Source: Catajapyx aquilonaris
Lineage: Eukaryota
DNA length: 51,453 nucleotides
NCBI GenBank assembly: GCA_000934665.2
Contig: KZ538006.1
Coordinates: 372,001-423,453, forward strand
Direction: 5' to 3'
The notes beneath the pieces are model-generated. The model was not told the origin of the DNA and made no database searches. It saw nothing but the letters and a program-made list of their open reading frames with translations. Below are positions 1-13,800 of the stretch, piece by piece. How positions within the stretch are numbered: the first letter of the stretch is position 1; every line of letters begins with the position of its first letter. A program made the position numbers and the translations under genes.

Positions 1-3000
1 CAAACTTATTGCCAGAGTGAACAATTCATAACTCTGGAACTTACCATAATTATGATACATTGTGTACAAATTGCATTTTTATAACAATGGTAATGCAGCC
101 ATAAAAATTGCTGTAAGTGTTTAATTCACACCGCCCATTTATTTTCTAACAGGCTTATGAGCTTCTTAATAATTGAACAACAATTAATAAAATACTTCTT
201 GAGACTCTTGCTTGAAAAAAAATGTAAGTAGGTTTGTTACCAGGAGATTAAAATACATTACACTTGCCATATATAATGCAGTGTTCTTTATGCGAGAGAT
301 GGTTGCAATTTCGAAACGTGGACTACGTGTTCGAGTGGGAAACTATTAATTAATTCAGTTGTGAAATGAGGTCAAGAGATACAATAGCTTTACACGGTGC
401 CCGTACATCAAGATTACATGGTGACGTATTTTATTCATGACGGTGTGGGCGAAAAACTAAAGCTCGACATGTCCACAAATTGTCTGATTTTGTGATTAAC
501 GTCACTCACAGATATCAACCGATCAGAACGTCATTCAAGGCAATAAATCTGATATATTTAGCTGCATACTAAGCGTATTGTCACGTATCAAAAGACAGTA
601 TATGTAATACTCGCGTCGAAATGATATGTGCAAGTTATCGCGTGCCTATTCCGGATATGCAGCGTACTCCATGTCCTTTCTCACATGTCATCAGGCAACA
701 ACCACTTCTATTCAAAACAATCTTCATGCCTTATCCCCGCTATCTGCCGTTATGAACACTGACCTTTGGAAGATATTATTATTATTCAGTACCATCAGTC
801 AGGTGATCGTGTTAGGATAGGTTATTGTCACATGGTTGCAACACTTTCCTTAATACTTTTAACCTTATTGCAAATACGCAATGGAAAGGTATAGTTGTCT
901 TCTTTAGATCAGATATCGAATGCGACTGACCTGACTGGCTTGAACTGTAGTCGTCATGCCACGAAAATGATATACTTACTAGTTAAGTGATTTTTGCACG
1001 TCATGTATGCTATAAGTATGAACTTTTGATAAAATAGAGATCGACGCCTGTCTTCAGTCTTATCTGGTTGTTTCTGTCCAACGGAAGTTGGCACCCCGTA
1101 CACAGAGATAATGACATGCTATACGATCAACTTTGATATGGCCACCTTGTCATTACAGCTCCCTTTTCTCGTTTCTTATTAAAGGGGAACGTAACCAATT
1201 TTGATCAAGGCCCAACATTTGTATGAAATTTTTATGCCTCAATGTTCATGTGACGGGCGCCCCTTTTCATATATACGCAGTAGTCTACCCTGCTGGAAAT
1301 GATCATTTTGTGTGACCTCCAACTTCTATGCTATCAAAATTGTGCTTAAAAATTTACGTGCGGTATTGACTTTCAAATGTTACTATATGCTATGTCGACT
1401 TTGTGTTCGTAACTGGCCAGAATATATTCAGTAATTATACTGCCGTAAATGGCTATACATATACAAGGTTTGTGTAATAAAATTTGGTGCCTGTTGTATT
1501 AATAATAATCCATATACCTAATTGGGATTTCCAATATTTTTTTTATTAATGACAGGTGTGCCTGTACTGGTGGATGATAATGAGCACTTGTAGTGACCAA
1601 AGGTAAAGATAATAGAGAAAGCAGAGGGTGTACGATTATGTTATCTGCTAGTGATATAGACAGCATAAGTACTTTTCCCGGTGGTCACGGGAGCATGATT
1701 CTCCTTCAGTCTTGTCCTAACCGGTGAAGGACCAGCTTTGAAATTTTTCTTCGTGACCCGTGTACTTACCCCAGCTTTGCCGCATGAGCGCCGAAGGTGA
1801 GGTGTAATGACTCATCTGGTAATTTCAGGATTTGTCTGGACATAGGACACATACAAAACTGGCAGCTGAAAAGGGGGGTTGACATCAAATCCGTGTCTGT
1901 ATAAGTCAGCAGGAAATTATAGCTCCTGGTATATTAAATGCTGGGTAAGTTGAATTCATATGACGTATGCACACACTGGCAATATGCATTGCAGGGCATT
2001 GCACTGAATTGGTTCAAACTGCGCTGAATTGGGGGATTTATATTTACATAGAGCTGCTTCGATTATGCATATATATTTATTTTGATGCAGGTTAGTATAT
2101 AGTGCTGGAGAGTGCAGTGTAATAGTTCAGTAGGTGTAAGCTGGTAGAAAGATAGCCAATGAAAAGCTAGAACTGTTTGATTATTGGCATGATGGTAGCA
2201 GGATAATATGAACGAGAATATTACAATATTGAATATAAAATGCGAATATTGCATTACATTGAAAATGCGTCGATACATCACCAGAGTTCCACAAAAATTA
2301 TTTTTATAACCCATTTTAGTGGCAGTTTAACAGGAAATAGCTGCCGGAAAAAACTAGTTATTCGAGTTGTAAGCGATCGATTCTTTGCAAAACTAGACCT
2401 ACTAAAACTAGAGTTCATTGATACTGGTACTCGTTGACTCCTTCGGTCTTTTACGAGGGTTGACTATTTTAAATCGATAGTAATATTGACATACTTGACT
2501 AAGTAGCCTATAGTTAAGGTTGTCGAGAGGGTATATTATACATTAGGCTATACATAGCTTGGTAACAAGGTATAGGAGAGGCTTGGGGAGAATGAGCGTT
2601 GTTTTTTAGGCTTAAGTCTGTGGTGTCCATATAAGAGCACATGTATTGAGCTGAGATAGGCTATTTGCATGTCACCAAATTGTGTACCAAAATATGTAGG
2701 CCTAGGTGGAAATGTCGTCAGGCAGGTAATTAATTCTATGATGTGATTGTGTTCAGTGTTAGGTCTTCACTTATTTTGACGCTATTTTTACAATCTACTG
2801 TAATTATTTGCGTTCCCTTTTTAGCTTGGATGTAATAATCTTGGTGTCGGCATTCTGTTCATACTGTATATCGAAAATAGCAGTGGAATGTGACGATACA
2901 TTTTAAATAGCTGCCATTTTATTCTCAAGACATGCTGTGTAATACAGTGTTATTGAGATACAGTAGGCTACAGAGAAACGTGAAGGACCACGAGAGAGGC

Positions 3001-6000
3001 CAATATGTATGTGTTAATTGGGACTCATTATGATGCACCAGTGAAAGGTGTTGAACAACGAACTCTATACAGGGTACAGGATATATTGTACAGTAGGCTA
3101 CTACTATTTACAATCACTGCTGCAACGTCCTTAAAGAGTTAATCTGATGAATAATTGCTGACAGCTATAAAAATTTATCAGTTACAGCTCATCAGTAAGA
3201 TACAATACTGTATAAGCAGATGATCTGGAACGTCAAAGCGAGATTTCTATATAAGCAATGATCCTGTACGGTATATTTCATAGCGTACTTTATCGTTCTG
3301 GTGTAGCTGAGAGAATGTCACTTATTGCTTATACGCAGGTATCAAAATACTGCTTAATAAATCAAACAATATTAAATTAATGAATCCGATCGTTGATAAG
3401 TAGAGACAGTCATTTTGATGCTTTGGTGTATGATGGATTTTAGATTTGCGGATGTTAAGATAGGACTTTTCACAAATTCAATTATTCAATTTCAATTTAA
3501 TTTCAATTTATTGTTTCCCTGTTGGACTGTGTTTTTCACAAATTCACTCCGTAAGAAAATCGAGTCGGACTCATGCATTTATGGACTTACGATACCCCTC
3601 ACAGAAGTACAACTTACCAAACAAATGAACCTGCAGTGTCACAATTAGGAAAAATTACTGACGTGTGTTTGTAGGCTAAATGTCATATCAACTTTTTATA
3701 TTCTCTTTGTAGACTATGTCGTCACCAATCTCGTTCTACATAAGCCAGGTGATGTCCGCTCTAATTATAAGGATACATTTTTACTGACCAAGCCAACGAC
3801 CTGGATAGGTACGGTATCTCCTGTTGACCTATACGATAGACTCTAAATAAACACATTCCATTATCTAGTGTCATGTAGCAATATAAGATGCATGATGATT
3901 ATTGCAAGCATTTACTTTGGTGTCGCCATGGCCCCATTGCCACACCTTTGCCACACGTTTGGAAACATGTCTCGAGATTTGCGAACTCGAATCGTGCATG
4001 TGGAGATGGCGCTGCTGGAGGTGACAAAGATGGCTTCTGGTAGTTGCGTAACTCTCTTCTGGAATGCTGATGATACCAACCAACCACGTTAGCATTACGT
4101 CTCTTGCTAGTTAACAACTGCTGCGTCGCATCTTCTTTGATGACTTGCCGCCTCATGGGAGTTATTTTACAACAGGATGCCTCTTGATTATAATCATTAC
4201 CATCAGATGCCCAAGCATCAAATCAAAATGGCAGCTTCTCAAATGAGACGTCGGTGGCAGCCTGGCTCGATTTACATAACGATGTAACCTTGGATGGAGA
4301 AAGAGGATGATTAGCTAACAGAGGCTTGCCGAATGTTAATTATTGTGCTGGTCGTGGAGTAATTGTCTGTTATCTCTAAAAACCTTGTAGTCTTTTTACG
4401 TCCCTGGCAAAATTGTCTTTCGTATAGAATATGAATTATACTTGCTAGATTTAGTAAATTATTCTTACTTTCTCTGCCTTCCAGGGAGCGACTATTATGC
4501 AGCCATGAGGCACATGTACCACGTGACACCTGATGGAGCTGTCGCTAATGGGAATTGCAAGAAGAAATCAGTGGATAAAGGTCAGATTCCAATATTCTTA
4601 AAAGAGCCGCACAACACCTTTTCAAAAGAGCCAACTGGTACCGTACTGGAATACAGTAGTTGTGGAGTGAAGCAACATGAGCGACGTTTAATCGTGTCTT
4701 GATCTATATATGTGTGGTGCTAGTTTACTTCAAAGGAAAAACATATGCCGCCAAATCATATAAATAACTTAGCCTGTAATTATTGCTAAAGTGTCAGTAT
4801 TTTGCAAAAGGTCGTGTGAATGCCCGATAATCCTCAAGAACATTCTCTATCCATACTGTTTTTTTTCATTGCATCGTATAATTAAGTACAGAAAATTGAC
4901 ACAACAAAACCTTCATTAATGCCAAAATGTGTGTATAACAGATAACATTATTTTCTGACAGTTGAGGAATGGGATAAGGTCTGAGTCAACAAATTCTCCT
5001 CAATATACGCGCATAAATCCGCATAAGATAAAACCATGTTTACACATACAATATTGGGCGGGGGGGGGAGGGGGGCTGACACAGGTCTTTTCTATAGGTA
5101 AACTGTTCAACATTAACCGGAAACTTTACGATTGGGTTGCGACTATTTTAATTGACATTATGTTTTAAATAATGAGCAAATAATTGTTGTCAGTAACTAG
5201 AACTTGCTGCGAGTATTCCAACTTGTACATATGTCACATAGTGCCCACATGCAAAGGCCACGATAAAATTCCATCAACTGATCATACATTCACGTTGGAT
5301 ATATTGGCCTTGATTCTCCAGAGATTAGATAGGCACGGGAATAAAATAAACGCAGCCTATTGTCATTGGGAATCAATCATGGGCTGTATAACCATTTAAT
5401 TTTAAATGCGCATAGCATTGTAGCCAGGACCACGCACCAATCCCGTGCCTTTGGAGCTTGGGTTTTAGCCCATTATTGTACCCCTTCTCATGGCTGGCAT
5501 TACATCACGTGTGTCCTCCAGCAAAATTTGGGTGTTGGTAATGCCTGCAGACAGTATCCAGAAATATATAGGCCCAGGGGGGAGGAACCGAGCCAAGAAG
5601 ACGGGAGGCAAAAAAAGAGAGAGAATTTCAAGTCGAAAATTTTCAGCGAAGGCAAAAGCGCAGATTCGCAGTTGAGTGATGGGGTGGGGACATCAGGGAG
5701 GATGGGGGGTGTCAAAGTCAATATCTGCATGACAAGGACCCGCCTCAATCAGAGTGCATGCATCCACAATTGATCATGTCGTCAAGTACATGATAATTGA
5801 GATAATGATAAAATGAGGCGGATCATATCAAAGCAATATTTATACTGTATTGTCAACGTGAGCCAAATATGTTAATCAATTTTTTTTATTGGATTTACAC
5901 ATCATACTTATCATGTTATTGTGAAGCATATGTGGAGTGATTAGTTCATAACCTGAATATATCTGTTTGAAAAGAGATGTGCTCATTTTTAGTGAAGATA

Positions 6001-8255
6001 AGATATTGCTGAGAACTTTTTGGCACCGTGGCCCGAAGGAGTTGTACGCATGGAAGCAAAAGGATGCTGACACCCTTTGATGTATTTTGGGATTTTAGAC
6101 CTTACCTTAAAACGAATGTCAGTTGTACGAATTGGCCAGTTTTCGCAGTCGCATTTTAGCATTAATTACCGAAATAAATTATCCGCTTGCATATAATTGC
6201 TGACGAATGGTGTCATTCACATCGTAGGTTACTGCCCTCTTAAAATCACGTGCTAATGGAAAAAAATAATCGAATAATCAGTCACACAAGACCTTTGCAT
6301 AGAGCAAAGTTAACCTCATTGTTCCAAGGTTGTCTGCATACATTTATTGGAATGAGGAGCTTCGCTAATAATGGTATTGGCAAAGGGATATACGTAGAAT
6401 TACACGCCCACAAATAAATGCGAAGGTCAAACTCTTTATTTTGAACACCGCATTACCTTCAATCCACTATCGACTTGTTATTTAATATTAATAATAGGCC
6501 TATATGGGTAACGTCAATGCCTAATGTCACATGCTAAGAATGTAAGTCGCAATAACGACAAAAAATATTCGTTTTAGAAAGAGCAGTGTAATTAAACACA
6601 AAGCTGCAATCATCACTTTAGTCATACGGTCTCTAGTACTTAATTTTCGCTTATGCAATACCGACACAACTGCTAATCCACGAGTATTCATATATACGCA
6701 GCTCGGTACCGACATTTATGCAAATTGCACGAATATTGCTCGCTTGCGTGCCCGGATTACGTATAGCGTACATCTTGGCCCAATGCCCGTCAAATTGATA
6801 CGCACCTAAAACCTAAGACGCAATATAAACCGTGTAGTGCTAATTACACTTATCCATTACATTACAAAGCTGTTGGGCCTGCCTAAGTCAGATTTTACCG
6901 GTCTGTACTCAGCTTTTCAAATAATACCGGTTTAGAAATCGGTCGTCTGGTTGCAAAAAAAACAACCGGACATGACCAGGCCGTGACGAAAAATCGATGC
7001 CACGCGTTTATTCCTACAATTTATTTTCGGGTGTAAACCTAAGGTGTAAACCCCCCATCAGATCGATTATTTTTTATCTGCAGGACCAGCAGGTCACCGA
7101 CTGAATAAAATGCGTCCTTTTTCTCCCCCCAGTTTTTTGGCAATGAATAAGTTACTGGCGCAGAGGTCATAGTCCTTAGACTATCAACACGACGACGCCA
7201 AACTCGGTGTCGACCCAATCGTCGGGGCATGCGTCGTTGACGCCAACGTTTATGACGCCGGCGATACACGCCCTGGATCCGCATTTGTATGGAAAGAGGT
7301 CCTTCGACATTATGAATCAAACGATGCAGCTGCTTGTTTTTATTGTGCTCTTGTACAACCAGATTTATTATAATGAAAACTATTGTGGGGTTTGATGTAG
7401 GATATGGCATCGTTATATTGACGAGCCACATGGCCATCGTGGGTATTGCGCAATCCGCATGCGCATGTGGCGGGAGTGGATGGCCTCTGCATGGTTGGAA
7501 TTAAGTTGATCGCTGAAATGTCATCATCAGGTATACACATGGTATACACAACTGTATATAATACGTTAAAAGAGCATTACTAGTGAGTATCACATGGAGC
7601 ATTAATTTTTAGTTCTCTTCTAATGCTCTTGTGGTGCTTTTTTGTTGCTAAAAGGCATCACAAGAGCATTAGAAGTGGATCAAAATTTGATGCTCCAAGG
7701 GATGCTGTATTAATTTTTTGTTGTTTACAGTGTATGTATAGGCTATTTTTAAAGAACATCGACGATAATAAAGGTAATAAAAATTGTCATGTGTATTTGT
7801 TTGTCCAGTTGTTTACGGAGGCATATTTCGTGGTCGACGTAGCAATGTCAGATATGCACATGTCATTAAATTAGAAGTCGTATGATATCTCTTGAATGCG
7901 ACCTGTGCATGACATTCGTAGGCACATATAACATACCGGTGGTATTACAGTAGAGCAATTTATTACGGATTCACCATGTGTTGTGCAGGCGGCATATATG
8001 AGTCATTCCTTTTAAATAGATGAAAGCTATAGGGAAAAATGTATGAATAAGTCCTGATCCACTTGTAGTTTCATGACATCGGGTGTTGTAGGAAGGGCTT
8101 TTTTGCGAGCTAATTTGGGTCTCACAGTGCTGGTTAAAACTAGAGTGTCCTATTTTTGGAAATAGGCTGAGCCACAAGAATCTAGTCGCCACTTCTAGAC
8201 CAGGCGATTACAATCTATGAAACATTTACGCCCCGCCGCTTCACTATACCGCCTG

Positions 8256-8318
<63 letters not shown>
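8256..8318. repeat. (AAT)n microsatellite, ~21 units
   Basis: Perfect ATA/AAT run read directly from the sequence. Confidence 0.97.
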
Positions 8319-8815
8319 GAGTATAGGGTGAGTCCACCTACCTTTGAACTTTCAGAAATGTGGCATAGCCTACCTTATGCTACATTCATATAATCAACAG
8401 AAATAGAAATGCAAATGAAAGAGGTCTGGGCGTGCTGTATACTGTATGTGTCCCTCGTGGCACTGCTTGTCTGCCTTCAAAGTAACAGGACGGTTCCTTG
8501 CGTCATTGCTGGGGAGAATTTTCTACGAATTGCCATTTCCGCCCCAAGCCCAGGCTGTAGAATATCCATGCTGATAATGCCCCCCGCGAGGTGAGCGTCA
8601 TTGCGGTGCAAAAAGTCGCGTAATATGTAGGAAGGAAGGCACGGACACTTGCGACATCACTCAAAACTACTGTATGGGACATTTTTATGTCCCAAATGTG
8701 TCGAGCCCTGCAAGAGTCATGTTACATATATGTCAGCAGTAACTTCAGTGTAAAAAATGATGTAGCCTATATACTGCCTATATCTGAATTTGCGGATGCA
8801 TTTACATCAGCAGGC

Positions 8816-8816
<1 letters not shown>

Positions 8817-8885
<69 letters not shown>
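8817..8885. repeat. (AAT)n microsatellite, ~23 units
   Basis: Perfect run; explains the poly-N and poly-I stretches in ORFs 8687..8911 and 8807..8995. Confidence 0.97.
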
Positions 8886-8886
<1 letters not shown>

Positions 8887-9183
8887 CATAGCATTTTTTT
8901 TTTGTCTTTAGCTGACCGTGCGCGTGCGTATACCTATATAGGTAGGCTATAATATACACGAAGGTGAAGGAGCTCGAGAGAACAATGCGAAACACTCAGA
9001 CGAAATTGACCAAGCCAAGCAATTCTTTACGTTCAAAGACGGGTTAATGTTTCCGTGCAATGCAATATACTTGCATTAAATTAACTGATGGCACCAAAGT
9101 TGACAATTCAGCTCATTCAGGGGACAATGAAATGTGACCAAGCCCTATGTGAAAGTCCGCGACGACATCCGATTCTGGGGAAG

Positions 9184-9403
9184 AGTCATACCCGATTGTT
9201 GGCATAAGGTCAACTTGGTGAAACGTTTCTATTTATTAATTTGCATAAAATAATTATATTATATAAAATGTACCATTATTATATGCAATATAATATAATA
9301 TATAACATCTAATACAGTATAATAATTTATCATACTTATGTTCATTTATAAATAGAAAGGTTTCGTTTGACCAAGATGATCTTTGCCAACATCTGGTATG
9401 ACT
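9184..9403. mobile_element. Degenerate MITE-like foldback element with AT-rich (AATAT-like) core
   Basis: Left arm AGTCATACCCGATTGTTGGCATAAGGTCAACTTGGTGAAACGTTTCTATTTAT matches the reverse complement of the right arm (AGTCATACCAGATGTTGGCAAAGATCATCTTGGTCAAACGAAACCTTTCTATTTAT) with several mismatches and indels. No clear TSD. Confidence 0.65.
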
Positions 9404-9984
9404 ATAATATATAATGCGTATATTATAATAATATACAGTATAATATAATATAATATAATAAATAGTCTTATACAGTTATGCAGTATACCGGTAATCATTA
9501 GCTCTTGCCCTCTTAGTAAATACTGTATATGTATAGGCTATATGTAGGCCTACCAGTGATAGCAAGAGCTTGATGGTGATAGTTATAGGCTACAGTATAA
9601 TGTGGAATAGTTACATAATATAACATATAAGTCATATTAGTGTATATAAAGAAAATCCTGAATAAAATTAAGGATTTTTGTGGGTAAGGTCAGTTAGGTT
9701 AAGAATCCTCTTTTTAAAATATTAATTGTGCTATTTTATGGGGCGGAAATTATGACGACATTCATTTTGAACTAAAATAAAACCTCCTGCATTATTTGAA
9801 TTGCGGTTTATTCGCTTTACAATGACGCACTTTATATCCTCGTATCCGACACCTAGTACCATGCAATTATAAGCACGCCAGCAAAAATAACAAATAATTT
9901 ATGCATGCGTATTTAGATACCCAACACTGCGCAAAAACAAACCCTTTAGTTGAAAAAAAAACAAACCACCAATTTAAATATGAT

Positions 9985-10330
9985 AAGTCACGAAAGTCAC
10001 GCTCTTATTAATTAAAAAGGGTGTGACGTCACGCGTATTTCCAACCCTTCCGTCGGCCTGCCTGCCTCCCACCCCCTCCACCACGGGCCCAACCCTTCCC
10101 CGACCCCCTCCGTCGTCCGCGTCCGACGGGAATTGACTGACTCTCGTTCCACTCCGTCTGAAGACACGCCGCAGAACAGACCTGCCCTGCCCTTTGACCT
10201 GGACTGGATAGTTGGAACGAGGCTTCTCCTGCAGCTGCTCTCTCTCCCATTATAAGGCAGTGGATACATTTAAGAAGGATATGGGACTGTACGACCTGGA
10301 CACCTGAACACCAGCTGGACACAACCAATA
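9985..10330 (+). promoter_or_regulatory. Probable promoter/5' UTR of the P5B ATPase gene (CpG/C-rich, CRE palindrome TGACGTCA at 10024-10031)
   Basis: Abrupt switch from AT-rich to GC/CpG-rich sequence ~0.5 kb upstream of the first coding exons. TSS not mappable. Confidence 0.45.
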
Positions 10331-10572
10331 TTTTTTGGGAAGAGAGGTCATACCCACCACCGCATTTGCTGTTGTTCTTAAGTCATTTGGCCCAAAATGA
10401 AGAAGATGGATAACGCTGTGACTGAACCGGTGGTGTACCAGTTTAGTAAACTGTAGTGCGCCAAGTGTTGTTCTAAAAAGAAGTACTTTTCCACGCACCG
10501 TGCTCGTACGTACACCCTTTTTAAAAGAGAAAAAAACCCCTCCGGTAGTTAAAAAAGCCAAGTTAGTCCAGT

Positions 10573-10666
10573 ATGTCGTGCAACAAGATCCTCTCCGCTA
10601 TGCTCAAGATAGAGAAGATGCCTGCTGAGGATCAAGCCCAGCCGTTGGTCACCAAACTACATAAGG
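10573..10666 (+). CDS. ATP13A3: Candidate alternative first coding exon (1a) of the P5B ATPase: MSCNKILSAMLKIEKMPAEDQAQPLVTKLHK
   Basis: ATG-initiated, ends AAG G|GTTGGA (phase 1), which joins exon 2 at 12365 in frame. The donor is weaker than that of exon 1b. Confidence 0.45.
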
Positions 10667-10874
10667 GTTGGATCAAACCCGAGCCGGGGGACTGACACCC
10701 GCCTGGGGTCAAGTAGTTGGACTCTCATTTTGGAAGGAAGCGGGGGCAGTGACTGGACACGGTCCGAGTTCGGGGGAGACACGGTGATATTTTGAGGGTT
10801 AGGTTTGTGAGGACACCTCCCCCCCGCCGCGGTTTGTTTCTATGCATGCTGACTGCATGGGATATAGCGAAATA

Positions 10875-13800
10875 ATGCCAGCCACCCAGAAGATGTTCTT
10901 GTCTGGCCTGCGACGCGGGTCATCCGGGATCTTCCGGGAGCAGAGGACCAAGCTTTTGGCCGATGGTAAGGAATACATGTCGACAAATGTGTTCTGACAT
11001 GGGCAATCTTGCTGCGTGTTGCATGTACGAGCGGGGATGTGCAGCAACGAGCATCGTTGAGCGATGAAATAGTTTCAGAGTGAAACGACATTCGCCCCAA
11101 ACATCGCTCAGCGAATCTCTCACATATGTAAACGTCGCCTAAAGCATCTGAAATGTATTGAGTATCTCTGAAAACCAAGAGCATGCCACTGTATGAAGGG
11201 AGGGATATTTTTAGGCATGGCAGGCCTAAGCCTCCCTAAATGGCCGCGAGGCTGGTAGAAGATTTTTAGAGCAGGCTGGATCGCACTGGAAGGGGATATA
11301 GGTCTAACCGAGGGCATTCAGCCCTATGGGGGAATTCAGACTGGGACGAATACCTACTGAATGTTTGGGTCAAAGTCTTTATAAGTTTTGCACTTGTGAA
11401 GAGTGCTATTTTTGAGCTGAGGTGCTTGCTCTGGCAGAAGCTTTTGGTTTTTTTTTTTCACAGTTGAAGGATTCCAACTTATCAACTAGCTGTATTTAAT
11501 GCTGGTACTAGGTACAAGTTTGTGCGGTTCATGCAGAAGTGGGTGGGAAGATGTCCAAAATTGTTTGCAAATGGGAAGGTGCAGGGGTGAGTGAACAATA
11601 CAAAAGAAAAGTGACTCAGCAGTGAGTCAATGTTTTAGGAATCGAGTCCCAACTCCCCTACCAGAGTAGGGCAAAATCATGTTAACAATAGCGGAGTCGG
11701 ACAAAATAAACACAATGTAAAAATCAATATGATCAGTATGATTTGGCTTGTACATTTCACAATCAATACTTAAATTTATTTTCAAGGCCGCCTTGGGACA
11801 CCCCACTGCTTTCTTTATTCTGCTATTTCTTATTTCAAGTTCCCTTATCAAAGCTGTAAAGACGATAATGCATTATTAAGAAGTTATAAATTGCTTATCA
11901 GATTTATTGGTGACGTGGATTAGAAAATGCTGCTCAGTGACGAGGAACTTTGGACTTGCGTGTGCCCAGATTTGCTACAGCGGATGTGTTTATCTGCGTG
12001 GAAAATTTCACACTGTGTTACTTTTTTTTAAAGAGTGTAAAGATGAGATGCATGAAAAAAGTAATTAGCACCACACGTTGTCTATTTGCCTTAGTAAGGA
12101 GTTGCTGTTACCGGTTATGTGGCACATATTTGGAGGGTACACAGTATGGTCTTTGTGAAAAATTGTTTATGACGAAATAAATAATGTAGAGTAGGCCTTA
12201 GGTTAATATATCATTAAATTGTAAAAATGCTACCATTTCGTGCAATAGGGCCAGTGGTGTAATATGCCAACTGTGTGTGAAGCAGACAGCTGTTAAGGCC
12301 TCTCATTGCATTATGAGTAAAATAATGTGCCCCCGATTCAAATTCCCCTTTTTTGTCATTTCAGGAGAGAAGGGCCCGAACCATGGGCCATCCCCGGTCA
12401 AACCAGGTGTTGACTACATCAACCAGGGTGAAGAGGATCAGATGGTCAGTATTTTTAGTGACTGTCCATTTGATTGTCGTTTAATGATGAAATGTTTTCC
12501 AGGAAATTTATGGCTACTGCCAGAGTACCCTGTACACATTTGTCACGTGGGTGTGCATCGTGGGCACAGCTGGACTCCTGCGGCTGGTGTTCCACTGGTA
12601 TCCACATTTGATGCTGTATGCCACTCACAAGCAGTGCAAACTGGACAAGGCCGAGAAGATCCTTGCTATTGTGAGTATTGCAACAATAAGAATTGAAGCA
12701 GTGACTAATATGATAATTACCAAATTATATTTTACTGAAATGGTGCACATTAGCAAAAGTTGGGCTTGTGGACATTCCACCCACTTTTTGCTGTCATAAA
12801 AAAATGCTTGAATGTGGGTTACATGTAATTAAGTAATTTTTTCCATAGTGTGATATTTGTTTTGTGTTAAAGTCGGAAATGGGCATGTTCCGAGAGTGAC
12901 ATTAGTTGAAGATTAAATGTGATAGCTGCCCACTAATAGGATTATAAGAACCTTGTTAAAAAATTGTTTTGGAGATAGAGCTAGTCATGGCTCTTTGTAA
13001 ACACCATTTGGGGATTGAAAACATTTGTTTCATACCACAGGAGAACTGTACTTGAGTGACCAGCTTTTGAATGAATGCATGTTTTTGAAACCTTGTACCT
13101 TGCAGGAGAATTACCAGGACAAGCATTTGAAGTATCATGTCAAGGATATCTTCACTCTGTCAACTGATGACATGGAGTGAGTATCGTTTTTATCGCAATC
13201 ACAGTTTTGGAGCGATATAGTAAATGATGTGTATTTTCAGGAGTTTGATCCAGGTTAATAAAGGGATAAAACCTGACGATGAGATATGGTCTGAACAGAA
13301 GGTGGATGAACTGAAGGCAGCATGCAGTGGAAAGCTCTCAATTCCAGGCCCAAATGGCGAGTACCAAAGTAAGCAAATTGCATTACTAATTAGGACTAAG
13401 CCTCTTTTGTCTGGTCACCCTGGCTAACTAGATTACGGTAGCTTGAATAACCAACTACTGCATTTCCAGCCGTGTCGGGTGTCAACATGTTCCAATGCAA
13501 GAAGCTCAAGTATCTCTGGAATGAAGAGCTGGGCGAGTTCCACAAGTTGCAGGGATTGGACCATCACGTGTCTACTGCCACCTTGCACATGCACCAAGGA
13601 CTCAATTTTGTCGAGCAGGCACAAAGGTAAGTTTCACACATCTCTCATTTGCCAGCCCCTGACGGAATTTAAACTCATCATCCCAAATGTTATTCCAGGC
13701 GGTTGGTTTATGGTGGCAACGAGATAACGGTGGAAGTGAAGGGGGTGGTGAAACTCCTCTTCCTGGAGATCCTGAATCCATTTTATGTTTTCCAAATCTA

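Noticed and set aside
1667..1768. Imperfect hairpin (GGTCACGGGA..TCCTTCA..TGAAGGA..TTCGTGACC) as SECIS, miRNA or snoRNA
   Set aside because: No correct SECIS spacing, too many bulges for a pre-miRNA, and no mature miRNA I recognise.
1179..2822. TTAAAGGGGAACG ... CGTTCCCTTT as Kolobok-like element ends
   Set aside because: Only ~10 bp of imperfect match 1.6 kb apart, with no right-hand TTAA.
7039..7437. Arg-rich protamine-like ORF on - and a neuropeptide-like LYGKR on +
   Set aside because: Arg richness comes from ACG/TCG-rich DNA that is open in several frames. No signal peptide or repeated peptide units support a precursor.
8687..8995. Poly-Asn and poly-Ile ORFs
   Set aside because: Translations of the (AAT)n microsatellite.
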